A stretch of DNA of 24,580 bases from a virus (IMGVR_UViG_3300006046_000020:1-24580); one strand, 5' to 3'. Shown: positions 8,436 to 16,541, counted from the stretch's first letter. Translations and numbers: made by a program. The notes: generated from the letters alone by a model not told the origin.

Positions 8436-8918
8436 CTACGCGGGGACTGTCCAATCCACAGCGGGCGCCGACGTGATCGCGAAGCTGATCTGGAGGCGGG
8501 CGACCTCGCCCAGGTCGCGGAGCTTCACCAGCGACCCGACCGTGACCGGGAACGTGTCGGCCTTACGGCCGGCGACGTCGCCCTCATCGAACCACAGGAT
8601 GAAGCCCGTGGTCGTTCTTGGGAGCAGCGACCGGGCGTCGACCGAGTTCGAGCTCTGGTACATCGTCAGCGACGAGTCGCCGACCTCGAGGCCACCGGCG
8701 ACCTTGGCCACAAAGCTTGAGTTCAGGTCAGGAGCGTCGAGGAAGTTCGATGCCGGCTGGAAGCCGTCCGAGCTGGCCACGTCCCCGGACAAATCAGTCC
8801 CCGCGTTGATCTCCGCGCGGGTCGGGGACGCCTTGTTGGCGACGGTGGCGGCGAACACGACCTTGGTGACGCCGGGCCGGAAGTAGCGGATCGCCGGGGT
8901 GATCGGGGTGGCTGGCAC
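8436..8918 (-). CDS. Major tail (tube) protein
   Basis: 160 aa with RYFRPGVTKVVF...SPTRAEINAGTDLS...TTGFI...GDVAG...FPVTV...FAITS.P, characteristic of Streptomyces-type siphophage tail tubes. Confidence 0.85.
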   Translation of the reverse strand: MPATPITPAIRYFRPGVTKVVFAATVANKASPTRAEINAGTDLSGDVASSDGFQPASNFLDAPDLNSSFVAKVAGGLEVGDSSLTMYQSSNSVDARSLLPRTTTGFILWFDEGDVAGRKADTFPVTVGSLVKLRDLGEVARLQISFAITSAPAVDWTVPA

Positions 8919-9377
8919 CTACTCCTCACCTTCCTCGCTGTCAGGTGCCGGCTCGGCCGGCTCTTCGGTTGGCGCGGCGCGGAGCCGCTCGACGAGCTCG
9001 GCCTTGCTGCCAGAAACCGGCAGGTCACGAGCACGCAGGAGGTCCTGAAGGTCACCGACGGTGAGGGAGTCGAGGTCGTCGGGTACCTCGGGCTCGGGAG
9101 GGGTCTGCGGCTCGTCCTGGTCGACGCGGAGCCACCCGCTCGACCGGTGAACGGGCACGGCACTCTCGGCGACCTCGATCTCGCGGTCGAGCTGCGGGTG
9201 GTACAGCCGCACGACCGGCTGCCCCTCGTACCGTTGCGCCTCGGCCGGCCACTCGTCGCCGGTGTCGTCCTGGCCGGGTTCGACCTGCCAGCCGGCGAGG
9301 CGGTGGTGCGGGACCGCGAGCGGGTCGACGTCGATCGGCTGGCCGGGCAGGGTGGGGTGGGTCATCCGCACGCCCAT
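8919..9377 (-). CDS. Protein with two tandem HP-L...AVP-HR--GW repeats and a C-terminal SAP/HeH domain
   Basis: VRMTHPTLPGQPIDVDPLAVPHHRLAGW and VRLYHPQLDREIEVAESAVPVHRSSGW; LDSLTVGDLQDLLRARDLPVSGSKAELVERL matches the SAP consensus. Start is ATG 9377 or GTG 9380. Confidence 0.8.
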   Translation of the reverse strand: MGVRMTHPTLPGQPIDVDPLAVPHHRLAGWQVEPGQDDTGDEWPAEAQRYEGQPVVRLYHPQLDREIEVAESAVPVHRSSGWLRVDQDEPQTPPEPEVPDDLDSLTVGDLQDLLRARDLPVSGSKAELVERLRAAPTEEPAEPAPDSEEGEE

Positions 9378-9718
9378 CACTGCACCGCCGTCTTGACCAC
9401 GCAGGAGGTGACGGTCGCGGTGACCGAGTAGGTGATCGTCGCCCGGCCGGTGGTCGGGTCCCGGTAGGACGAGGTGACCGGGATGATCGTGTAGCCGGTC
9501 GTGGCCGGGACCGACACGGTCCGGTCGGCGATGGCGAGGTCGCCGTCGATGAGCCCCGGGGTGACCAGGGTGACGGTGCAGGCGCTCGCGTTGGCGTTCT
9601 TGACGATCAGGTACAGGCCCGGGCCGGCCTCGCAGTCGTCGGAGGCGGACACGGCGGCGAGCAGGTTGTCGAACCGGAGCCCCTGCAGGGGAACCGTGTT
9701 CGTGGTCATGGCGGCCAA
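9377..9718 (-). CDS. Small all-beta virion-associated protein (actinophage-type hypothetical)
   Basis: AGGAGG SD then TTG; 113 aa, LIVKNANASACTVTLVTPG...IADRTVSVPA...GRATITYS. Confidence 0.75.
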   Translation of the reverse strand: MAAMTTNTVPLQGLRFDNLLAAVSASDDCEAGPGLYLIVKNANASACTVTLVTPGLIDGDLAIADRTVSVPATTGYTIIPVTSSYRDPTTGRATITYSVTATVTSCVVKTAVQ

Positions 9719-9727
9719 GAGGCCCTC

Positions 9728-10195
9728 CTACGTGACGTGGCTGGTCCAGGTGACGGTGAAGCGGATCGTTGCCCGCCGCGCAGCGGTGCCGTCGTCGTCG
9801 ACCGGCTCCTCACTCAGGTCCGAGGAGGCGACGGTCGCGAACCCGGGCGGGCCGATCGTCCCCGCCGCGGTCGGGTCGGCCGCCAGCGCGGCAGCGGCGA
9901 GGTCGCGCAGGGCGTAGGCACGGTCGCGGCAGGCGTCCACCGCGTCCTCGCCCGAACCGGGCCTGGTGACCTGCACCCAGCACGTGCACGTGGGCGTCTC
10001 GGCCTTCCGGCCGGACAGGTCAACCCGGTCGGAAGCGGGGGCGGCCACGTCGCCGAGGGTGAGCTGCTCGGCGGCGAGCTCGTCGGGGGCGACCGGGGCC
10101 GAGCGGACGGTCACGCCGTCGGCGGGGCGCAGGCCCGCCGTGGTCTGCCAGTAGTCCCGCAGGCCGGCCTTCGCCGCGGCGACGCTCGAGGCCAT
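9728..10195 (-). CDS. Putative tail terminator / completion protein
   Basis: 155 aa following the adaptor; alpha/beta pattern with ALAADPT..G and terminal ATIRFTVTW strand, as in tail terminator-like proteins. Confidence 0.6.
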   Translation of the reverse strand: MASSVAAAKAGLRDYWQTTAGLRPADGVTVRSAPVAPDELAAEQLTLGDVAAPASDRVDLSGRKAETPTCTCWVQVTRPGSGEDAVDACRDRAYALRDLAAAALAADPTAAGTIGPPGFATVASSDLSEEPVDDDGTAARRATIRFTVTWTSHVT

Positions 10196-11122
10196 CTAGG
10201 CGACCGCCAGGCCACGGGCGTTGTAGGCGGGGTCGGCGAGGACCGAATCGATCGACCGGATGCCGTAGAGGGACACGCCGCCGCCGGACATGCGGTTGCC
10301 GGCGGTCTCGTAGGTGTACGTGGCCCCGTCGGGGGTCGTCCAGCTCGAGGAGGTCGACCCGGGCGGGGACGGCAGCAGCAGCATCGCCGTCCGGGCCATG
10401 GCCGCCGAGGCGACCTCGGGCGGCGGGGGATCCCAGCCGTGGACGTACTCCACGACGACGTTGGCGCGGCCCCAGACCGGCGGGCTGCCCCACCCGTACG
10501 CCGACGTGGCTTCGAGGACGCCGGACGGCCGCAGCGTCCACCCGGACAGGCTCGACGGCACGCCGTTGACGGTGACCGAGAGCAGCTTCGACGCCTTGAG
10601 GTGGGCCAGGACCAGCTGGCTGGTGCCGCCGTCGAGGACCTCGCGGGCGAACCGTGGGACGAACGACCAGCCGGTGCGGTGGGCGAAGTCGTCGGTGGCC
10701 TGCGCGCGTTTGGCGGCCAGCAGCGACGCCGGCCAGGTCGTCGTGGTCACGTTGGGGTGCGCTGGCGTGTCCGCGAACGGGGTGTCGTCGCCGCGGCGGA
10801 TCTGCCGCAGGTCCGCGATGGTGAACAGGTAGCCGCCGAGCACCTCGACGGTCGACCGGAGGGTCTGCGGCTGCCCGCCGACGGTGCCCGCCCAGGTGAC
10901 CGCCAGGATGGTCGGGTCGGCGAGGGCGGCCAGGACGAACTGGTAGACCCCGGAGCCGGCCGCGCCGACGTGGCTCACCGTGCCCGACGCGATCGTGGTC
11001 CCGTCCGGCCTGGTGACGGTTACGGCTGGGACGCCGGTGTCGAGGTCGGTCGTGACCCCGCCGGAGTAGAAGGTCTCCTGGATGGTCGCCGAGGTCCCGG
11101 CCGCGATCTGGATGGCGGCCAT
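10196..11122 (-). CDS. Head-tail adaptor (gp6/Ad1-like) with N-terminal Ig-like domain, 308 aa
   Basis: Start ATG 11122 in TGATG overlap. N-terminal VTVTRPDGT...GVYQF...VTW strands, then YLFTIADLR...TGWSFVPR...NVVVEYVHGWDPPPPEVASAA...YGIRSIDSVL adaptor motifs. Confidence 0.8.
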   Translation of the reverse strand: MAAIQIAAGTSATIQETFYSGGVTTDLDTGVPAVTVTRPDGTTIASGTVSHVGAAGSGVYQFVLAALADPTILAVTWAGTVGGQPQTLRSTVEVLGGYLFTIADLRQIRRGDDTPFADTPAHPNVTTTTWPASLLAAKRAQATDDFAHRTGWSFVPRFAREVLDGGTSQLVLAHLKASKLLSVTVNGVPSSLSGWTLRPSGVLEATSAYGWGSPPVWGRANVVVEYVHGWDPPPPEVASAAMARTAMLLLPSPPGSTSSSWTTPDGATYTYETAGNRMSGGGVSLYGIRSIDSVLADPAYNARGLAVA

Positions 11123-12774
11123 CAGGGCAGCGGGTCGGGGCCGGGGCAGCCGTAGGCCGGGTCGCACGGCGGCCTGGACGTCGGGAACCAGCCCTGCAAC
11201 CACGGCCAGGTCGCCATCGCGTCGCGGACCCGCTGGTCGTAGGCGTCCCCGGCGCTGTCGTGCCAGCCGCCCGAGTACCACGAGCCGACGCACCCGTCGA
11301 CGTCGCCGGTCGTGCGGGTTCCCAGGTACGACCAGCCTTCGTAGCAGCCGCGGAGGTAGCCGCCGTAGTAGTCGGCCGCGAACGCGGTCGAGTTGCGCGT
11401 GAACGGGAACGAGCCGTTGGAGTAGCCGGGCCAGACGTAGCCCCACGTCGGGTCGGCCCAGGCCATCGCGCTGAGGATCGAGAAGGTCTTGGGGCACAGC
11501 CCAGCGCCGAAGTCGGGCTGGTAGTCGTAGCCGCCGGCGGTGGCCAGGCCGTCGCAGTACGCCGCGGAGTCGGTGGTCGCTGAGGTGAACAGGTCGGTGC
11601 AGCCGTAGTCGGGCAGGCACCGGCCCGTCGGGTAGGTGAGGTACTGGTACCACTGGGATTCGCGGTAGGCGACCGCGCGGACCAGGTCGTCCTGTAGGCC
11701 CCACTTGCACGCCGCCCACTGGAAGATTTCGTCGGTGGTGCCGGTGAACGCCCCGTCGACGCGTTGCAGCATCCAGGAGTCCCAGCGGGGGTCGTACTCG
11801 CTGCCGTGCGGGCGGGCCGCGAACGCCGCGTGGGCCGCGGCCGCGTCGACGACGGTGTTGTCGCGTTTGGTGTTGTCGGGCCGTGGTTCCCAGGTTGACC
11901 GGTGGACGAGGCTGGTGCACTGGGCGTCGGAGCGGTTGGCGTCGAGCCAGCCGCCCGGGCCGGAGACCCCGGTGGGTTGCAGGGTGAGGTAGCCGCCCTG
12001 TGGTGGGGGTGAGCCGCCCGGCGGTGGCGGCGTCGTGGTCGTGGTCGTCGGTGGCTCGGTAGTCGTGGGCGGTGAGGTGGTCGTGGTCGGCGGGGAGGTG
12101 GTCGTCGTGGGTTCGGTGGTGGTGGGCGGTGAGGTCGTCGTGGTGCTCGTGCTGGTGCTGGTGGTGCTCGTGCTGGTGGTGCTCGTGCTCGTGCTCGTGC
12201 TGGTGGTGCTGGTGGGTGGCTCGGTGGTCGTCGGCGGTCCGGTGACCGTCAGCACCGGGCGCTGGTTCGACTTCTTCGACTCCTTGGAGTCGAACGCCTG
12301 GTACGACGCGCTCGCCGAGGAACTCACCACCGCGAAGGCGTTGTCCCCGGCGGTGACGTTCGGGACCGAGAACACCACCGGGCCGGAGGTGATCGGCCTG
12401 GTGTCCAGCAGCGCGCCGACGGTCGGCCGGTTGTTCCAGGTCAGGCCGGTCTCGGTCCAGGTGGTGGCGGTGGCGTGCAGCTCGACGCTGCCACTGGCCA
12501 CGGTCGTGAAGTAGACACCGAGCGTCCCGGTCCCGGCGGTCGTCGAGTTGAACTTGAGGTAGGCGACCTGCCCGGTGGTGGTGGTCTCTTTCAGCACGTG
12601 GAGCGGGTTGGCGGCGCCGTAGTTGGCGCCCGGGGACGCCTTGTTGGCATAGGCGTCGGCGAGGTTCGAGGTGGTGGCCGAGGCCGCGGGAGGGTGGCCG
12701 GCGACGGCCAGGGCGGCGCACAGCGCAAGGATGGCCGACAGGGCGACCAGGCGGCGAAACGGTCGAGGCAGCAT
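11122..12774 (-). CDS. Secreted protein: signal peptide + DNRLRE/CBM96-like domain + Thr-rich linker + lysozyme-like (SLT-type) domain
   Basis: MLPRPFRRLVALSAILALCAALAVAGHPPAASA signal; ADAYAN...NYGA...AYLKF...WTETGLTWNNRP...SKE...RPVLTV; TTDEIFQWAACKWGLQDDLVRAVAYRESQW with candidate catalytic ES; several Cys. Confidence 0.8.
   Translation of the reverse strand: MLPRPFRRLVALSAILALCAALAVAGHPPAASATTSNLADAYANKASPGANYGAANPLHVLKETTTTGQVAYLKFNSTTAGTGTLGVYFTTVASGSVELHATATTWTETGLTWNNRPTVGALLDTRPITSGPVVFSVPNVTAGDNAFAVVSSSASASYQAFDSKESKKSNQRPVLTVTGPPTTTEPPTSTTSTSTSTSTTSTSTTSTSTSTTTTSPPTTTEPTTTTSPPTTTTSPPTTTEPPTTTTTTPPPPGGSPPPQGGYLTLQPTGVSGPGGWLDANRSDAQCTSLVHRSTWEPRPDNTKRDNTVVDAAAAHAAFAARPHGSEYDPRWDSWMLQRVDGAFTGTTDEIFQWAACKWGLQDDLVRAVAYRESQWYQYLTYPTGRCLPDYGCTDLFTSATTDSAAYCDGLATAGGYDYQPDFGAGLCPKTFSILSAMAWADPTWGYVWPGYSNGSFPFTRNSTAFAADYYGGYLRGCYEGWSYLGTRTTGDVDGCVGSWYSGGWHDSAGDAYDQRVRDAMATWPWLQGWFPTSRPPCDPAYGCPGPDPLP
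12000..12240 (-). repeat. Low-complexity repeats encoding a Thr/Ser/Pro linker (TS, PPTTT units)
   Basis: Plus strand (GTGCTC/GTGCTG)n and GTG/GTC triplet runs. Confidence 0.85.
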
Positions 12775-12778
12775 GGCG

Positions 12779-13390
12779 TCACGTCCAGGTGATGGTCGCG
12801 GTAGCCGTCCACGTCTGGCCGGAGGCCTTGGTTCCTTGTGACGACAGCGCCCGGTTCAGGAGCGGCGCGGTCACCGTGTTGCCGCTGGCGGTTCCCTGGT
12901 CGATGCCGAATTCGTTCCAGGCGAAGTTGCCGTCGGCGGTGCCGAACGTCGCCGACCACGCCAGCGTCCGGGTGCCGAGGGTCCCGGCGGCGGAGACGAG
13001 CTGGAACCAGCGGTTCGCCGACCCGGCCGCGGCGGACAGGTCGGTGTCGGTGTACGCCGCGGCGGTGGAGCCGTTCCCGGCACCGATGCGGGTGTGGGTC
13101 GCGTCGTAGGCCTGGGTGGCGCCCTGGTTGGTGAGCAGGTTCATCAGCCGGGTCCAGCCGGCGTTGAGGATCAGGTTGCCGTGCGCCTCGCTCACCGAGT
13201 AGGGGGCGACGCCGAGGCGGTGGAAGTCGGCACCCTGCGGCGCGGCCAGGCCGGAGCGGCGGACGGCCCAGCGGGTCTGCTCGGCGTCCCACCGCTCGAA
13301 CAGCCAGTCGGTCGTCCCTCGGGCCGCCTCGGCCACGGGGGCGGCCACGCCGACGCCGAGCGCCTCGGCCGCTGCTGCGAACTCGGTCAC
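12779..13390 (-). CDS. Tail-collar-fibre N-terminal-like (DUF3751-like) structural protein, ~203 aa
   Basis: AGGAGG then GTG 13390 (alternative GTG 13405); NLILNAG...IGAGNGS...TDTDL...ATFGTADGNFAWNEFGI...LLNR...K.SGQTW pattern. Confidence 0.65.
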   Translation of the reverse strand: MTEFAAAAEALGVGVAAPVAEAARGTTDWLFERWDAEQTRWAVRRSGLAAPQGADFHRLGVAPYSVSEAHGNLILNAGWTRLMNLLTNQGATQAYDATHTRIGAGNGSTAAAYTDTDLSAAAGSANRWFQLVSAAGTLGTRTLAWSATFGTADGNFAWNEFGIDQGTASGNTVTAPLLNRALSSQGTKASGQTWTATATITWT

Positions 13391-13401
13391 CTTGCCTCCT
13401 G

Positions 13402-15126
13402 TCACAGGCTTGAGGTCCCTTCGACCATGCCGGCGCCGACCAGATCGCCTTCGACCAGTCCCGCGCCGCTGGCGGTCCCCTCGACCAGACCGGTGGCCGA
13501 GGCGGCCCCCTCAGTCCACCGTGGCGGCGGGACCGGCGGCGGGACCGCGATGCTGAGCTGCTCGCCGCCGCTGGCGGCCTCGGCCTGGCCCAGCAGGACG
13601 GCCGCGGCCGCGGCTTCGGCGGCCGCGCCGAGCTCGGCCAGCGGGACGGCGGCGGCGAGGCTCAGCGTGTCGGCTGCCGTGCCGGCCTCGGCGAGGCTCT
13701 TGGTCTGGCTGACCGCCAGCGCCTCAGCGGCGGCGCCGGCCTCAGCCAGGGCGCGGGTCTGCGCGGTCGTCAGCGCGTCGGCGGCGCTGCCGGCCTCGGC
13801 GAGCGGGACCGTGGCGGCGGCGGCCAGGGCCTCGGCGCTGCTACCGGCCTCGTCGAACGCCTTGGGGATGCTGAGCTGGTCGGCCCCGCTGCCCGCCTCG
13901 GCGAGCGAGACCGTGGCGGCGACGCCGAGGGCTTCGCTGGCGGCACCCGTTTCGGCCAGCGGCACCGCCGCCGTGGTGGCCAGTGCCTCGGCAGCCGATC
14001 CCGCCTCGACCTCCGCGATCGGGACCGAGACCGCGAGCCCCTCGGCGCCCGTCCCGCCCTCGGCGAGCGGGACGGTGGCCGCGACGCTGAGGCCGTCAGC
14101 CCCGGCGCCCGCCTCGGCGAGGCCGACCGTGGCCGCAACGGCCAGCGTGTCGGCGCCGCTGCCAGCCTCGGCCAGCGGGATGGTCAGTACGACCGAGAGG
14201 CCCTCAGCCCCGCTCGCGGCCTCGGCGAGTGGGACGGCGGCGGCGACGGCGACGGCTTCGGCGCTGCTGCCCGCCTCCGCAACCGGGACCGCCGCGTCGG
14301 CCGAGAGGGCTTCGCTGGCGCTGCCCGCGTCGGCGAGCGCGATCGGGGTCGCGCCCGCGCCGGCCGGGCCGAGCCGGCCGTCGTTGGCGACGCCGAGGTC
14401 GTCCAGCCAGTAGGTGATGCCGGTCAGGCCCGTCCCGGTGTGGCCGTAGCGGGTCGCGTCGGTCGTGCCGCCCGTGGAGAACGACGCGGTCGTGAACGCC
14501 TCGGTCGGCGTGCCCGCGTCATCGGCCGTGGTCCACAGGTCGACCTCGACCGTGCCGGTCCCGCCGCTGTCGCTATAGATCGCCTCGACCCGGACCCACT
14601 GGTTCAGCGGGATGACCGTGGAGCCGGTCCCGCCCGAGGGGGTGGTGCCGTTGACGTCGCGGACGATCAGGTTCCGGGAGGCGTTGAGGCTGACCGACGC
14701 GCGGACCGTCGTGGTGGACAGCCACCGGATCATCTGGACGGTCGCCGACGGTGCCGCCTCGAGGTACAGGTAGGCCCGCTCGTAGCGGGTCGGGACGGCC
14801 GCGCCGAGGGTGGTGGTGGTCCAGGCGACGTAGCACTCGGCGGTGGTGACCGGGTCCAGCGCCATCTTGAACGCCAGGCCGCCGTGCGCCGAGTGGGTGT
14901 TGTCGAACTTGGGCGGGGCGGTGACCGACTGGACCGCGTCGAAGGCGGTCCCCGAGGTGCCGCCGGAGTTGCCGGTGGTGATGCTGGTGCCGTTGGTGCC
15001 GCCCTCGAAGGTGTTGGTCGCGATCGGGGTGCCGGGCGGGGTGATCGCGACCGGCTTGAGCAGCCGCGAGCCGCGGCGGATGGCGCGGGGGGGCGGCTTG
15101 GGGACGTTGCGGCGTGGCGCGGGCAC
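13402..15126 (-). CDS. Putative fibre/appendage protein: lectin-like (ConA/LamG-like) head plus 18-aa repeat stalk, 574 aa
   Basis: GGGAGG SD, GTG start; NTFEGG...PLNQWVRVE...YWLDDL beta-sandwich, ~15 LAEAGSxAExLxVxxxVP repeats, C-terminal 10-aa GxVEG repeats. Confidence 0.75.
   Translation of the reverse strand: MPAPRRNVPKPPPRAIRRGSRLLKPVAITPPGTPIATNTFEGGTNGTSITTGNSGGTSGTAFDAVQSVTAPPKFDNTHSAHGGLAFKMALDPVTTAECYVAWTTTTLGAAVPTRYERAYLYLEAAPSATVQMIRWLSTTTVRASVSLNASRNLIVRDVNGTTPSGGTGSTVIPLNQWVRVEAIYSDSGGTGTVEVDLWTTADDAGTPTEAFTTASFSTGGTTDATRYGHTGTGLTGITYWLDDLGVANDGRLGPAGAGATPIALADAGSASEALSADAAVPVAEAGSSAEAVAVAAAVPLAEAASGAEGLSVVLTIPLAEAGSGADTLAVAATVGLAEAGAGADGLSVAATVPLAEGGTGAEGLAVSVPIAEVEAGSAAEALATTAAVPLAETGAASEALGVAATVSLAEAGSGADQLSIPKAFDEAGSSAEALAAAATVPLAEAGSAADALTTAQTRALAEAGAAAEALAVSQTKSLAEAGTAADTLSLAAAVPLAELGAAAEAAAAAVLLGQAEAASGGEQLSIAVPPPVPPPRWTEGAASATGLVEGTASGAGLVEGDLVGAGMVEGTSSL
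13540..14340 (-). repeat. ~15 degenerate 54-bp (18-aa) coding tandem repeats
   Basis: Recurring plus-strand GCCTCGGCGAG/GCCTCGGCCAG at roughly 54-bp period. Confidence 0.85.
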
Positions 15127-15146
15127 GGGCTAGGCCTCCCGCGCGG

Positions 15147-15587
15147 CTAGGCGTCCCAGACGAACGTCAGGTCGAGGATCTGGCCGGCGCCGGTGAGCGG
15201 GACCAGCACGACGCCGTTGCCGGTCCCGGGCGGGACGTACAACCCGCGGCCGCCGAACGTGGCGATCCAGCCCGACCCGATCGACGCGCCGACGGCGCCG
15301 TTGCGCAGCGCGCCGGTCGCGAACGTCGGCGTGACCGTCCAGGTATCCCGCGGGTCGCCCTTCAGGGTGCCGGTGTCGTTCTCCTCGTACTGGACGGTCT
15401 GGGCCGCGCCGGGGGTGCCGACGGCGGTGACCCGGCGCAGGCACAGCGACAGCGCGGTGGTGGTGGTGTTGGTCCCCCACGCCTCGACCAGCCACAGCGG
15501 CGTCGACGCCTGCGCCATGAGGCCGCCGATCGGCAGGGTCGTCGACCCCGCGCCGGCCGAGCGCCACGCCGCTGAGTACCGTGCCAC
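15147..15587 (-). CDS. Small beta-rich putative virion decoration protein, 146 aa
   Basis: AGGAGG SD, GTG start, alternating strand pattern ending LDLTFVWDA; function inferred from context only. Confidence 0.7.
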   Translation of the reverse strand: MARYSAAWRSAGAGSTTLPIGGLMAQASTPLWLVEAWGTNTTTTALSLCLRRVTAVGTPGAAQTVQYEENDTGTLKGDPRDTWTVTPTFATGALRNGAVGASIGSGWIATFGGRGLYVPPGTGNGVVLVPLTGAGQILDLTFVWDA

Positions 15588-15600
15588 GCTGCGAGCCTCC

Positions 15601-15606
15601 TAGAAT
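15601..15606 (+). promoter_or_regulatory. Putative -10 element TAGAAT driving a leaderless antisense gene
   Basis: Matches the actinobacterial TAGRRT -10, 6 nt before ATG 15613. Confidence 0.55.
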
Positions 15607-15612
15607 GTGCAG

Positions 15613-15807
15613 ATGGACGATCCTGAGCCGCTGATCACCGGCCACCCGTTCGAGCCGTATATGTGGGACGAGTCCCGCTGCGGCTACGTCGACGGCGACG
15701 ACGTGATGTGCGGCGGCTCCGAGGCCGAGCACGCCCGACCGCCCAGCCCGCCGGTCCACCACCAGCACCTCGGCGACCGGGGCGAGGGCGACTCCCGGCT
15801 GCGCTAG
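15613..15807 (+). CDS. Small His/Cys protein (64 aa), possible metal-binding, moron-like
   Basis: MDDPEPLITGHPFEPYMWDESRCGYVDGDDVMCGGSEAEHAR...; H..C..C..H spacing, GC3-biased codons, exactly fills the gap; its stop shares CTAG with the convergent gene. Confidence 0.7.
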   Translation: MDDPEPLITGHPFEPYMWDESRCGYVDGDDVMCGGSEAEHARPPSPPVHHQHLGDRGEGDSRLR

Positions 15808-16541
15808 AGCAGGGTCGGGGCCTGCCGGCCGGGGTTGACCAGCCGGCCGGCGTGGGCGGGGTGGACCTGGTCGACGATGACCTGGGGGATCGGGACCTCC
15901 TTGAACGCGATCGAGCTGCCGCGGAAATCGTCGGCCGTGCTCGCGGTCCACCCCGGTGCCAGCGCCCCGGCGGTGGCGAGGGTGCGGCGGGCCCAGCCGC
16001 GGCCCTGGGCGCCGTAGTCCTCCGAGTCGGCCAGCGTCCACCCGGCCGCGGGGGTGTTGGTCATCGTCGTCAGCCCCGAGTGGATCGCCTCGTAGGCGAC
16101 GACGTTGTCGACCAGGCTGGTGTGCGTCCACGACGGGTTGGCCACGCTCGCGGAGGTGCCGGTCGCGTCCGAATCGACCGCCACGGTGAAATTGGCCGGG
16201 TCGGTGACCGTCATCGTCCACACCACGAACCGCACGTTGACGGTGCCGGTGCGGACCACCCGCACCGTCTGCGTGCCCGACGGGAAGGTGCCGGCGGCCC
16301 AGTACAGCATCACGCCGCCGGCCTCGGTCGACTCGGTGTCAAAGCGGCGCCGTGACAGGGTGACCGCCCCGGCCGAGATCCCGTAGGCCACGCTGGTGAC
16401 CAGGTCGGAGGTGGCGTTGTAGACGATCCCCACGCACACCGCGTTCGGGGTCACGGTCGCGGCGCAGGACAGGTCGTAGTTCCCCGCCGCGGTCGAGCCG
16501 GGCACGGTGGTGAGGAACTGCTCGGCGTGGGCGACCGCCAT
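15804..16541 (-). CDS. Beta-sandwich putative virion appendage protein, 245 aa
   Basis: Start ATG 16541 (MAVAHAEQF), 4 nt after the upstream stop; Thr/Val/Ala strands, TPAAGWT motif, Pro-rich C-terminal arm. Confidence 0.75.
   Translation of the reverse strand: MAVAHAEQFLTTVPGSTAAGNYDLSCAATVTPNAVCVGIVYNATSDLVTSVAYGISAGAVTLSRRRFDTESTEAGGVMLYWAAGTFPSGTQTVRVVRTGTVNVRFVVWTMTVTDPANFTVAVDSDATGTSASVANPSWTHTSLVDNVVAYEAIHSGLTTMTNTPAAGWTLADSEDYGAQGRGWARRTLATAGALAPGWTASTADDFRGSSIAFKEVPIPQVIVDQVHPAHAGRLVNPGRQAPTLL

Noticed and set aside
12740-12774. Twin-arginine (Tat) signal in the secreted enzyme
   Set aside because: FRRLVA lacks the S/T-R-R-x-F-L consensus; Sec export is the simpler reading.
12000-14340. 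Periodic repeats as a CRISPR array or diversity-generating retroelement repeats
   Set aside because: The repeats are degenerate, in-frame coding units without unique spacers; no reverse transcriptase or adenine-specific template/variable pair is visible.
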